Virus record (IMG/VR): IMGVR_UViG_3300037119_005132
Coordinates: 1-63,824 of that record
DNA length: 63,824 nt
Origin: a virus
Lineage: Duplodnaviria > Caudoviricetes
Reading direction: 5' to 3' (one strand)
Position numbers and translations under genes: made by a program. Of the stretch, positions 46,313 through 54,810 are shown piece after piece; position 1 is the stretch's first letter, and the number at the start of each line of letters is the position of its first letter. The notes under the pieces are model-generated. The model had not been told where the DNA came from. It saw only the letters and a program-made list of their open reading frames with translations, and did not search any database.

Positions 46313-46838
46313 CCACCGTCAGGGTCCAGGTGCTGGCGAGGCAACCGCCCATAATGGGCAGCGGCTCATACTGGCCGAGCACGTAGTCGACCTCGTCGTC
46401 CGACATGCAGCAGGCGATGGCGCGACGCATCGCGCTCATCGACGCCAGCTGTCGCCGGGTGGCATCCAGCTGCTCATCGACACCGGGCACCTCGCCGCCC
46501 TCGCCGAGCACCGGCGCGCACTGGCTCATTCCGACTTCCAGCTGGAACGCCAGCGGCGTCGCGCAGTTCGCTCCGGCCGCCGGATTCTCCTGGTCGATCG
46601 ACGGCGCGATCCCGATGAGCCGCACCCACGCCATGCCGCCACATGTGCCGGCCTCGCCGTTACAGGAGTGCCCGGTCTCGTCCCCGCAGAAGTCGAGCAC
46701 GGTCTCGGCGCCGGGCACGATGCCGCAGAAGCATAGATTGGAGAAGCCCGACCGCTCCATCTCCTCGCAGAGGCAGCCGGCCAGCTTCACCATCGTCGGG
46801 TAGACCAGAAAGTCTTCGACGAGAGGGATGTCCGTCAT
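46290..46838 (-). CDS. Tail terminator-like protein (182 aa)
   Basis: Cys-rich; G.AWVR; position in neck module. Confidence 0.7.
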   Translation of the reverse strand: MTDIPLVEDFLVYPTMVKLAGCLCEEMERSGFSNLCFCGIVPGAETVLDFCGDETGHSCNGEAGTCGGMAWVRLIGIAPSIDQENPAAGANCATPLAFQLEVGMSQCAPVLGEGGEVPGVDEQLDATRRQLASMSAMRRAIACCMSDDEVDYVLGQYEPLPIMGGCLASTWTLTVGEWRGAR

Positions 46839-47686
46839 CAGCGACTCCACGTGGTCTGACGCGGCCGACGGATGGTCTGCGGTGTCGAGATAACCGGAGC
46901 CATCTTGAGGCCGTACGGGTTGTACCGCGCCACGACAGCGTCGACCTCCGGGATGCCGGTGGTGCCCTCCGAGAACAGGTTCCGCTCGATCTCGTACTGG
47001 ATGCCCTGGCGCGAGATGTTGCGCGCGCCGCGCGGCAACCGGCAGGTCTTGTCGTTGTTGCACGCCTTGTACCACTCGACGGCGAGCAGGCCCGCGACCC
47101 AGAGCAGCACATCGTCCGGCGCCGCGCCGCGGTAGTAGGTGACGGCGAAGGTGTCCGCCTCGGTGGGGGCAGCGGCCATGTCCTGACAGGCCGGCCAGCA
47201 GTCGCCGTCGATACGCACCAGCCGATTGCCGTTGTCGACGCGGTACGCGGTGGGGTCCAGCACGGCACCGTCGAGCAGCACCTCAGTGATGTCACCGACC
47301 GGGCCGGGAAGGATCGCCTCGCACAGCGCCGCGCACGAGCAGTCGTTCGCGGAGCCGCACCCGCAGGAGTTCACCCACACGCCCTGGCCGTTGATGTACG
47401 GCGCGAACGTCGCGCGTCCGGCGTAGACGCCGGCGTAGTGCCCGCTGAGACCGACCGGCGCCGTGAGATATGTGTCGGAATTCCGACACCCGGCCTTGCA
47501 GGGACGGACGGTGATCGGGCATGTGCCGACCTGGTCAGCCGTCAGTGCGGCGAGCGTCATCCATGCAAGCGACTCCGATCGGGCCATCACGGCAGCGATG
47601 ATCGGGTCGGCGCGCATCACCGCGAGCTCCTCGGGTGTGTACGCACACGACCAGTCCGTGCCGTCTGGGGTGCAGATGCTGGTCAT
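46838..47686 (-). CDS. Head-to-tail adaptor (282 aa)
   Basis: TVRPC, LPGPV, WP.CQD, CRLP, RQG, TG.PEVD..NP. Confidence 0.82.
   Translation of the reverse strand: MTSICTPDGTDWSCAYTPEELAVMRADPIIAAVMARSESLAWMTLAALTADQVGTCPITVRPCKAGCRNSDTYLTAPVGLSGHYAGVYAGRATFAPYINGQGVWVNSCGCGSANDCSCAALCEAILPGPVGDITEVLLDGAVLDPTAYRVDNGNRLVRIDGDCWPACQDMAAAPTEADTFAVTYYRGAAPDDVLLWVAGLLAVEWYKACNNDKTCRLPRGARNISRQGIQYEIERNLFSEGTTGIPEVDAVVARYNPYGLKMAPVISTPQTIRRPRQTTWSR
47472..47489. promoter_or_regulatory. TGTCGGAATTCCGACA palindrome inside adaptor gene
   Basis: GTGTCGGAATTCCGACAC, 18-bp perfect. Confidence 0.6.
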
Positions 47687-47741
47687 GGGGACTCCCTCTG
47701 TCGGGTGCATTCTCCCATCGACGGCGTGCCCGCGATAGGAG

Positions 47742-47778
47742 TGAAGCCCCCCACCGCTCACCGGGGTGGGGGGCTTCA
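47742..47778 (-). terminator. Hairpin after major tail gene
   Basis: TGAAGCCCCCCACC / GGTGGGGGGCTTCA. Confidence 0.75.
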
Positions 47779-47790
47779 TGTCAGTCCTGG

Positions 47791-48735
47791 TCAGGCGGGC
47801 GGAGCGTCGATCGTGGTGGTGACCGACGTCGAGACCCAGACCCCGTTCTGCGACGCCTTCACCGTGTAGGTGCCAGCCTTCGCATAGGTGTGCGAGGTCT
47901 CTCCGGGAGCCGCAACCAGATCCCAGGTGCCGTCGCCGAAGTCGAACCAGACGGATCCGGTGGCGATCGGCGTGACGTCGAGGTCGACGCTGGCGCCGGT
48001 GGCGACGCCGGCGACTGCGGTGAGCTCCGGCAGCGCGCTGTCGAGCAGCGGGCGGCAGCCGCAGACGGCCTCCGGCGGCGCGACATCCGTGAGGATGGTG
48101 CGCAGCGCGACGGTCGAGCCGATCGGCGAGTACATCGGACCGGGCTGTCCGCCGGAGTCGATCTGGATGTCGCTGTACGGGCCGTACCCCCAGCTGTTGC
48201 CGTCGCGGGTGTTCGCGCCGGTGAGCGTGAAGGTGACCGAGCCGTTCTCCACGGTGAAGTCACCGACGATGCCACCCTGCAGGAACGGGAGGAGCAGGTA
48301 GCCGTAGCTGCCCTGCGCGCCTTCGGTCGCGCAGGCGTCGCCCGCGGCCGATCCCGCCCAGAGCTCGAGCGCGAAGCCCTGCCCGGTGAGCGAGGTGGCG
48401 GTGTCGATGTCGAAGCCGATGGCGTTGCCGAACGAGTCGACGACGACCGGCTGGCCGGTGACCAGGGCAAAGAGCTCCGGGTCGACCTCGCAGAACGCGA
48501 TCTCCACGCCGTATCCGGTGAGGGTCGTCTCTGCGGGCTCGAACACGCAAACCTCGCCGGCGGCGTTCGTCACGTTGATCTCGTCGGACTCGGTCGTGTT
48601 CGCGGTGAACGAGACCGAGATGAAGCCCTTCGAGACGGACGTCGAGCAGTCGCCATAGACCGGCCGACCGCAGCCGTCCAGCCGCGTGAGCCGGATACGC
48701 CGGCCCTTGACCAGCGAGAGGCACTTGGTGGGCAT
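47791..48735 (-). CDS. Major tail protein with C-terminal PKD/Ig domain
   Basis: GRRIRLTRLD.CG, FCEVDP, FALELW, FGDG..HTY...GTYTV. Confidence 0.88.
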   Translation of the reverse strand: MPTKCLSLVKGRRIRLTRLDGCGRPVYGDCSTSVSKGFISVSFTANTTESDEINVTNAAGEVCVFEPAETTLTGYGVEIAFCEVDPELFALVTGQPVVVDSFGNAIGFDIDTATSLTGQGFALELWAGSAAGDACATEGAQGSYGYLLLPFLQGGIVGDFTVENGSVTFTLTGANTRDGNSWGYGPYSDIQIDSGGQPGPMYSPIGSTVALRTILTDVAPPEAVCGCRPLLDSALPELTAVAGVATGASVDLDVTPIATGSVWFDFGDGTWDLVAAPGETSHTYAKAGTYTVKASQNGVWVSTSVTTTIDAPPA

Positions 48736-48738
48736 GGC

Positions 48739-49065
48739 CTATTCCTTTCCTGTCGCCGACGCGATGGCGTCGAGCATGTCGGCCTTCTTGGTGGCTTCAC
48801 CGAGATCAACGCCGTGGGTCTTGGCCCAGTCCTCGATCTCGGCGTTCTTCCAGTCGGAAGTCGGGGTGGCCTCGGCGTCGTCGGGCGTGCCCGCGATCGC
48901 TTCATGGAAGGCGTCGAGCACGGCCTCGGGAACGAGGTAGCCCTCCTTCACGGCTCGGACCTCGGCGGGATCCACGCCCGCCTTCACTGCGGCGTCGAGC
49001 GCAGCCTGCGCGTTCGCGCGGCTGCGACCGGCGATGACGCCGTAGCCGTCAGGGGTATCGGTCAT
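48739..49065 (-). CDS. Hypothetical virion-associated protein (108 aa)
   Basis: C-terminal W...EI..WA..HGVDL....KADML (HeH/SAP-like). Confidence 0.75.
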   Translation of the reverse strand: MTDTPDGYGVIAGRSRANAQAALDAAVKAGVDPAEVRAVKEGYLVPEAVLDAFHEAIAGTPDDAEATPTSDWKNAEIEDWAKTHGVDLGEATKKADMLDAIASATGKE

Positions 49066-50135
49066 CAGGTCACCTCGATCGTGATGTGGTTGGACTCCGT
49101 CGTGCCGGAGAGCGCCCAGAGTTCGACGCTGTCACCGGTGGTGGTGCTCGTCCCCTGGACTTCCCAGACGAACTCATGCGGGTTCGTCTGCGTCATCTGG
49201 CCAGCCTCGATCGCGGGATCCCCGTTGACCGAGTACCAGAGGATGACCTCGTCGTCCGGCGTCACGTTGGTCTGCGCGATGATCGTGGCGTCCGCGCCGT
49301 CCGGGATGGGGGACGACGGGATGGAACCGAGCAGGATCTCGAGGTCTTCGTCGGGGTCATCCGCGGGCGGATCGTCCGACACGGCGACGGTGACCGCGTA
49401 GTGCAGCGCGAACTCGCAGTCCACGGCGATGCCGTAGACGCGCTCGGAGATAGCCATCTCCTGGTTGAGCGTGAGGTCCGCGGTGCGCGTGGTGACGAAC
49501 TCGCCGGCGAAGACCGTCGGCCAGCCGAACACCACCGCGACGGTGTCGGATGCCGCGGCCGACGCGATGATCGGCGTGCCGTTGGCGGTCCAGAGTCGGC
49601 CGGTCTCTTCGTCGCCGAAGATCGCCTTGGCCGCGCGTGCCTGCACCGCCGCGAAGCGGGACATCATGATGACCGGCTGGCCGACGTACAGCGTGTCCGC
49701 CGCCTCGTCCATCTGGCCGATCGCGGCGACCCACGACGTCTGTGCCGGGCCGGTGCCGCCCGCCGTGTTGAGGTACTCCCAGAGCACCTCTTCCACGCCG
49801 CGCGCTTCGCCCGCCTCGAGAAGCGCGCGAGCGCGCTCGTCATAGTCGGGGTCGTCGCCAGTGCCGAGGTAGCACTTCACGCCCTGGTAGAGCGCGAAGA
49901 TCGGGCCGGAGCCGGTGTCGATCCCGACGTAGGTCTTGTCGCCGGTGACCGGGTTCGGCACGTAGCAGAGTCCGGGTGCGGCCTTCGGGAACTCGCAGCC
50001 CGCACTGACCCACTGCAGCGACTCGGCGGCAGCCAGGCGTGGGGCGGACTCGAACTCACCGACGACCGACTTGATGCCGCCCTTGCGCTCCTTGCGCGTC
50101 GGCGGAGAGATGGAAACCTTGGGTCCAGCCATCAT
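49065..50135 (-). CDS. Major capsid pentamer-type/second capsid protein (356 aa)
   Basis: Follows the MCP; F.LY.G..C, E..GVE..LW, T..GTP motifs; Ig-like C-terminal extension. Confidence 0.65.
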   Translation of the reverse strand: MMAGPKVSISPPTRKERKGGIKSVVGEFESAPRLAAAESLQWVSAGCEFPKAAPGLCYVPNPVTGDKTYVGIDTGSGPIFALYQGVKCYLGTGDDPDYDERARALLEAGEARGVEEVLWEYLNTAGGTGPAQTSWVAAIGQMDEAADTLYVGQPVIMMSRFAAVQARAAKAIFGDEETGRLWTANGTPIIASAAASDTVAVVFGWPTVFAGEFVTTRTADLTLNQEMAISERVYGIAVDCEFALHYAVTVAVSDDPPADDPDEDLEILLGSIPSSPIPDGADATIIAQTNVTPDDEVILWYSVNGDPAIEAGQMTQTNPHEFVWEVQGTSTTTGDSVELWALSGTTESNHITIEVT

Positions 50136-50160
50136 GCCCACCTCCCTTCGAGAGTGGTTC

Positions 50161-50196
50161 TCCGGGGGTCACGCCGGGCGAGCCGTGACCCCCGGA
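50161..50196 (-). terminator. Hairpin between the two capsid genes
   Basis: TCCGGGGGTCACG / CGTGACCCCCGGA. Confidence 0.65.
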
Positions 50197-50202
50197 GTTG
50201 AC

Positions 50203-51867
50203 TCACGGGATGATGCAGCTGAGCTCGGCCGCGCCGGTGATGCCCTTGAGGCAGGTGATGTCGATCGACACCTTGCGGCCCGAGCCGCAGCGGTTGATCA
50301 GCATCCCCGACTCCTCGAAGAACGCGGCGGTGTACATGTTGACCTCGAGGCCCGCGGAGTCGTACACGGTGTCGAGGTTGATCACGTCGTTGTTGCCCCA
50401 CACGTAGGTGCCGGCGGGGTAGACGAGGGCCTCGATCGTGGTCGGCCATGCGGTGCCCGTGGTGGCCAGCGGCTGGTAGCCGTTGATCCACTGCGGGGCG
50501 AGGTTGCGGGCGCCGAACGCCTGCTGGATCTGCGCGTCGGTGTAGGCGAGCAGGGCCTGGCCGGAGCGGCGGGCGAGGTCGGCGCGGAAGATCTCCTTGG
50601 CCCAGAGGGGAAGGATGACCTCCATCGTCTCCGTCGGGGACAGGAACTGCGTCTGGCGGATGACCGCCGCCTGCAGGCTGACCGCGTCGAGGATGTCCGC
50701 CGAGACCGAGCCGAGCTCGACCCAGTTGGTCGCGGCACCGATCGCCGTGGAGACCCGCTGCAGCTGGACCGCCGACATCTTGTACTGCCAGCCGATGGTC
50801 GACAGGTTGAGGAAGCGGCGGATGAGCTCGGGCCAGCCCGACGGCGAGGCCGTCAGGATCGGCGCCTTGAAGCAGTAGCCAAAGGCGTCGAGGCGGTGGT
50901 CCTCGAAGGGCGGGCACTCGAACTCGAAGCAGACCTTGGGGGTGCCGGCCTCGGCCTGCGCCTCGGTCTGCACGAAGCCGAAGTTCGGGTCGGCGAGCAG
51001 GTCGGCCAGCTGCGGTCCCTTGGTGAAGTTCAGACCACCGTGGGTGATCGTCACCTCGGGGAGCGTGTACAGGCCCTCGGCCGTCTCGTTCTCACAGAAG
51101 TCGTAGACCGTGTCGGACGGGGCGCACCAGGCACCGGACGCCATGAGCGTCTGCAGCCGCTGGCCCTTGGCCGCGGCCTCGATGATCGACAGCTGCTCGC
51201 TGGTCGACATCTTGCCGTTGACGGTGAAGTCGCTCTCGGGGCGCGAGATCTTGGCGACGCCGTAGCGCTCCATGTTCGCCTTGTCGCTGCGACCCGCGAA
51301 CATCCGCGAGCGAGCCATGAACGCCTTGACCAGGTCGTCCATGCCCTCGAGCTTGGCGCCGGCCGCGAAGTCCGGGACGTTCGCCGAGGCGATCAGCGCG
51401 CCACCGGTCTTGCGGACCGGCAGGTCGGGGGGCGGCGTCTTGCTCGCCGAACGGCGGACGACGGGACGCTTGGCTGCGGATGCGGTCACGAGCTCCTTCT
51501 CCTCCGCGACCTCGTCCGCGACCTCGGGCTCTTCGGCCGGCTCTTCGTCAGCGCCGTCCTCGTCCTCCGCATCCTCGTCTTCGTCGCCTTCGGGGTCTTC
51601 GGCGGAGGTCGAGCCCTCCGCCACCTTGCTGCGGGCTGCAGCGAGACGATCGGTGCGGGCCTGCGCGGCGGCTTCGAGCGCGCCACGTGCCTCGACGATG
51701 GAGTCGAGGTGGCCGTTGAGCTCCTCGAGTTCGGTCAGCTGCTCGTCCGTGATCTCGTCATCGGCGAGACCGGCGAGCTCCTGCGACTCGGCGTGACCTT
51801 CGAGGTACAGCTTGTCGAGGTCGGCGATCGAGAGGCCGTCGAGGCTCTCGGGCATCTTGAAACGCAT
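50203..51867 (-). CDS. Major capsid (hexamer-type) protein (554 aa)
   Basis: N-terminal scaffold-like acidic coiled coil; ASG.WCAPS, K.C....CP, YDS..L..N.YTA.F.E. Confidence 0.85.
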   Translation of the reverse strand: MRFKMPESLDGLSIADLDKLYLEGHAESQELAGLADDEITDEQLTELEELNGHLDSIVEARGALEAAAQARTDRLAAARSKVAEGSTSAEDPEGDEDEDAEDEDGADEEPAEEPEVADEVAEEKELVTASAAKRPVVRRSASKTPPPDLPVRKTGGALIASANVPDFAAGAKLEGMDDLVKAFMARSRMFAGRSDKANMERYGVAKISRPESDFTVNGKMSTSEQLSIIEAAAKGQRLQTLMASGAWCAPSDTVYDFCENETAEGLYTLPEVTITHGGLNFTKGPQLADLLADPNFGFVQTEAQAEAGTPKVCFEFECPPFEDHRLDAFGYCFKAPILTASPSGWPELIRRFLNLSTIGWQYKMSAVQLQRVSTAIGAATNWVELGSVSADILDAVSLQAAVIRQTQFLSPTETMEVILPLWAKEIFRADLARRSGQALLAYTDAQIQQAFGARNLAPQWINGYQPLATTGTAWPTTIEALVYPAGTYVWGNNDVINLDTVYDSAGLEVNMYTAAFFEESGMLINRCGSGRKVSIDITCLKGITGAAELSCIIP

Positions 51868-51869
51868 GG

Positions 51870-52010
51870 GATTCCTCCGGGGCGTAGGGGTCGGCGTAGG
51901 CGACCCGGTTTCAGAAACGGGTTCACCTCGCGCCTACGGCACAGAGGGGTGTTGCTCTGGGATGAGAGTAGGCCCACCTGCGCTCGGGACGCAAGCGGGC
52001 CTAGCCCTCG
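51870..52010 (-). promoter_or_regulatory. Structured 5' leader of major capsid gene
   Basis: 14-bp stem 51969-51982/51990-52003 with G-U pairs on - strand; stem 51895-51902/51931-51938. Confidence 0.55.
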
Positions 52011-52022
52011 GATCGGCTGGGA

Positions 52023-52175
52023 TCAGGCGGCTTTGTAGCTGCCGCCCAGTCGTCGCGCCGCCGCAGCGGCCTCCACTTCCGTCTTGTACGCCTTCTTCGA
52101 TCCGTCCTTCGCAGTGACGGTGTAGCTCTTGGGCGACGCGGTCGCGCCGCTCTTGCCCTGGCAGCTGCAAGCCAT
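52023..52175 (-). CDS. Small basic protein MACSC... (50 aa)
   Basis: RBS GAGGG; lies between protease and capsid genes. Confidence 0.75.
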   Translation of the reverse strand: MACSCQGKSGATASPKSYTVTAKDGSKKAYKTEVEAAAAARRLGGSYKAA

Positions 52176-52176
52176 G

Positions 52177-54810
52177 TCAGTCCCTCTCGACTCGTGCGCG
52201 CGCCGCCGCCAGGCGACGCTCGCGGACCTTCGCCCGGGCCGGTTCGGCACGAGCAGCGATCTTCTCCTGGTGACGGTACTCGGCGACCGCCGTCCGCGCG
52301 ATCCCCGCGACGAGCTCGGGATCCATGCCGACCGTCGCGGCCGCCACGAGCACCGGGTCCGGCTTGAGCGCACCGGCGCCGATCATCACGGTCTGCCGGC
52401 CGGCGGATGCCGCCAGCTGACGCACCGGCAGGCCCGGGGTGTTCACGACCGGGACGCCGATGAGCTCGAGCGCGCCGCGCACCTCGCGCCAGTCGCCGGA
52501 GACCGCACCGATGGCGCGCATCTTGGTGATGTCGTCGTCGGTGACGTCGGGCGGGATGATGCCGGAGTACCAGACGCCGAAGGCGTTCTCGCCGACGTTG
52601 ACGAACGCGCGCACTGCCTCGGGCTTGTCGTAGAACTCGCTCGCCCGCGACATGCTCATGGTGCGCGTGGCGTGCCCGCCCCAGGTGAGGCAGCCGACGA
52701 ACTGCTCGCCCTGGTCGGTGTCGATGACGCCCTTCTTGAAGTAGGCGTAGTCGGTGTACGAGCGCGGCACCTCCTGGCAGAAGCCGGTGATGCCGACGTG
52801 GCAGACGCCCCACTCCGAGACGTAGCCCTGGATGCGCCGGGTCTCCCGGTCGATCTTGAGCGGGAACGCGCGGTCCAGGGTCGGCTCGGAGAAGAACTCG
52901 GCCGGGTAGACCGGGTGCGCGGGCTCGACCAGGCGCGCGGCCGGCGCGCGCTCGGCGACGCTGGCGGATGCCGTGATGACCTTGGAGCCGTGGTGCTGCG
53001 CCGGCCAGATGCCGAGCGCCTCCTTGTGCATGTTCGCGCACAGGCCCGCGAGCCAGTCGGGGTTCTGGACGTACTTCGCCAGCTGCATCCGGCAGCGGTT
53101 GAAGTCGCCGGGAGCGCCCCACGCGATCTTCGCGGCGCCCTCGCCCTTGACCCAGTAGCGCCGGATGCGCGCGGTCGGGATCGGGTGGGTGATCCAGCCC
53201 GGGCCGTCGTGCGTGCCGGGCGCGTAGGTGTGGACCGTGACCGGCCCGCCATCCTGGGAGTTGAGCTCGACCAGCGCACCCGCGGCGATGGCCCAGGTGT
53301 CGGGGAGCTCGACCTCGTCGCAGCCGAGCGCGCTCTTGCGCTTGCGGATGTGCGCCTTCACGGCGTCCGGGTCGTTCGCGCGGCCGATGGCCTGGATGGC
53401 GTTCTGCAGATCCTCGCAGTTCGCGATGGGGAACGAGCCGTCCGGCATCGCCGCACCCTCGCCGGCGAGGCGGTCGCGCTCCTCGGGGGAGACGTCGCGG
53501 AACTCCGGCTCGCTCTCCGGCGACATGCAGCCGCACGCGGCGAGCACCGCGAACTGCTCGTCGACCTGCGCGTCGGTGAGATCCTCCTGGAACTCGTGGC
53601 CGAGCGCGATGTACGCCTCCTGAAAGGCGGGGATCGGCACGATGGTCAGGCCCGCGACGCGCATCTTCGAGAACACCGTCTTGTCGGGGTTCATCATGTC
53701 GAGGATGGCGTCCATGATGTCGTCGCCCTCGCCCGACATCTCCTCGACCTGGATCTCGGCGTCGTCGCCGTCGATGGAGACACCGCGCACGGTGCCGTCG
53801 ACCATGCCGTCGATCGCCTCCTGGGCGAACGGCTTGGTGAGCACCACCGCGCCCTTCCAGCGCCACATGTCCGTGGCGTCGTCGCGCCACGCCTCATCGA
53901 CCCGGCCGATGGTCACGACATCCGAGGTCTGCCCGCCGTGGGTCGAGACCGTCTCGTAGCGCAGCGGGATGGGCAGCTGTCGGGTGGAGAGCGCGCCGAT
54001 CGCGAACTCGCGGCCGTCGCCGGTGGCGACGCCCTCCGGGGCGAGCACGCCATGGACGGGGATCTCGGTGATGAGCTCCTCGCCCTCCTCGGGCTCGTCG
54101 GCGATCAGGTCTTCCTCGTCCGGCGGCTCGACGGCGATGTCCGTCTCGTCCACCGCGGCGGCCGCCATGACGAGGTCGTCGCTGGTGACGATGTCGGGGT
54201 TGTCGACCTCGATCGGGTCTTCGGGACCGAGCACGAACGTGTTGGCGCTCATCGCGTCCCCCTCTCTCGCCGCTGGCATAGCCAGGCACCGGCAGTTGAT
54301 CCAGATCTCGGGCGGGCCGATCGGCTCCCCCGGGAAGTGCAGGTGGAATCCACCCACTGTGAAGGTGGCACCGATGGGGACGGTCTGTCCATCGGTGTTC
54401 TCGTGATTCTCGCGCACCGCGTCGTCGTGATGACTGACCCAGCGCTTGTGCTTGCCGCCGCGGGCGGCCACGCCGCCCACGGTGGCGTGGTTCACGGTGT
54501 ATCCGCTCAGCCAGTACGTGATCCGGGTGACCTGGGAGTCCTCGACCTCGAATCCGGGGTCCGAGGTCTTCTCGAGGGCCTCGATGAGGCTCTCCTGGTA
54601 CTCCGCCATGCGCTTTTCGCCGTCGGCGTGCGGCGCCTCGGCCTTGAAGTGCTCCAACCAGAGCACCGAGGCCGCCGTGACGACGTCCTCGGTCCAATCC
54701 GGGTTCCCGGCGATGAGATTCTCGAGAGAATCGCGAACGAACGGCTCAAGTTCCTCGTCGGCGGCCGTCAGACGGGCCGCGCGTGCTGCAGCGAACGTCT
54801 GCGGGTCCAT
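52177..54810 (-). CDS. MuF-like minor capsid / capsid maturation protease fusion (877 aa)
   Basis: K.W....D..VR..H...GQ..FPG.P..INCRC; EG..TGDGR; PDGSFPI; SGDWR. Confidence 0.85.
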   Translation of the reverse strand: MDPQTFAAARAARLTAADEELEPFVRDSLENLIAGNPDWTEDVVTAASVLWLEHFKAEAPHADGEKRMAEYQESLIEALEKTSDPGFEVEDSQVTRITYWLSGYTVNHATVGGVAARGGKHKRWVSHHDDAVRENHENTDGQTVPIGATFTVGGFHLHFPGEPIGPPEIWINCRCLAMPAAREGDAMSANTFVLGPEDPIEVDNPDIVTSDDLVMAAAAVDETDIAVEPPDEEDLIADEPEEGEELITEIPVHGVLAPEGVATGDGREFAIGALSTRQLPIPLRYETVSTHGGQTSDVVTIGRVDEAWRDDATDMWRWKGAVVLTKPFAQEAIDGMVDGTVRGVSIDGDDAEIQVEEMSGEGDDIMDAILDMMNPDKTVFSKMRVAGLTIVPIPAFQEAYIALGHEFQEDLTDAQVDEQFAVLAACGCMSPESEPEFRDVSPEERDRLAGEGAAMPDGSFPIANCEDLQNAIQAIGRANDPDAVKAHIRKRKSALGCDEVELPDTWAIAAGALVELNSQDGGPVTVHTYAPGTHDGPGWITHPIPTARIRRYWVKGEGAAKIAWGAPGDFNRCRMQLAKYVQNPDWLAGLCANMHKEALGIWPAQHHGSKVITASASVAERAPAARLVEPAHPVYPAEFFSEPTLDRAFPLKIDRETRRIQGYVSEWGVCHVGITGFCQEVPRSYTDYAYFKKGVIDTDQGEQFVGCLTWGGHATRTMSMSRASEFYDKPEAVRAFVNVGENAFGVWYSGIIPPDVTDDDITKMRAIGAVSGDWREVRGALELIGVPVVNTPGLPVRQLAASAGRQTVMIGAGALKPDPVLVAAATVGMDPELVAGIARTAVAEYRHQEKIAARAEPARAKVRERRLAAARARVERD

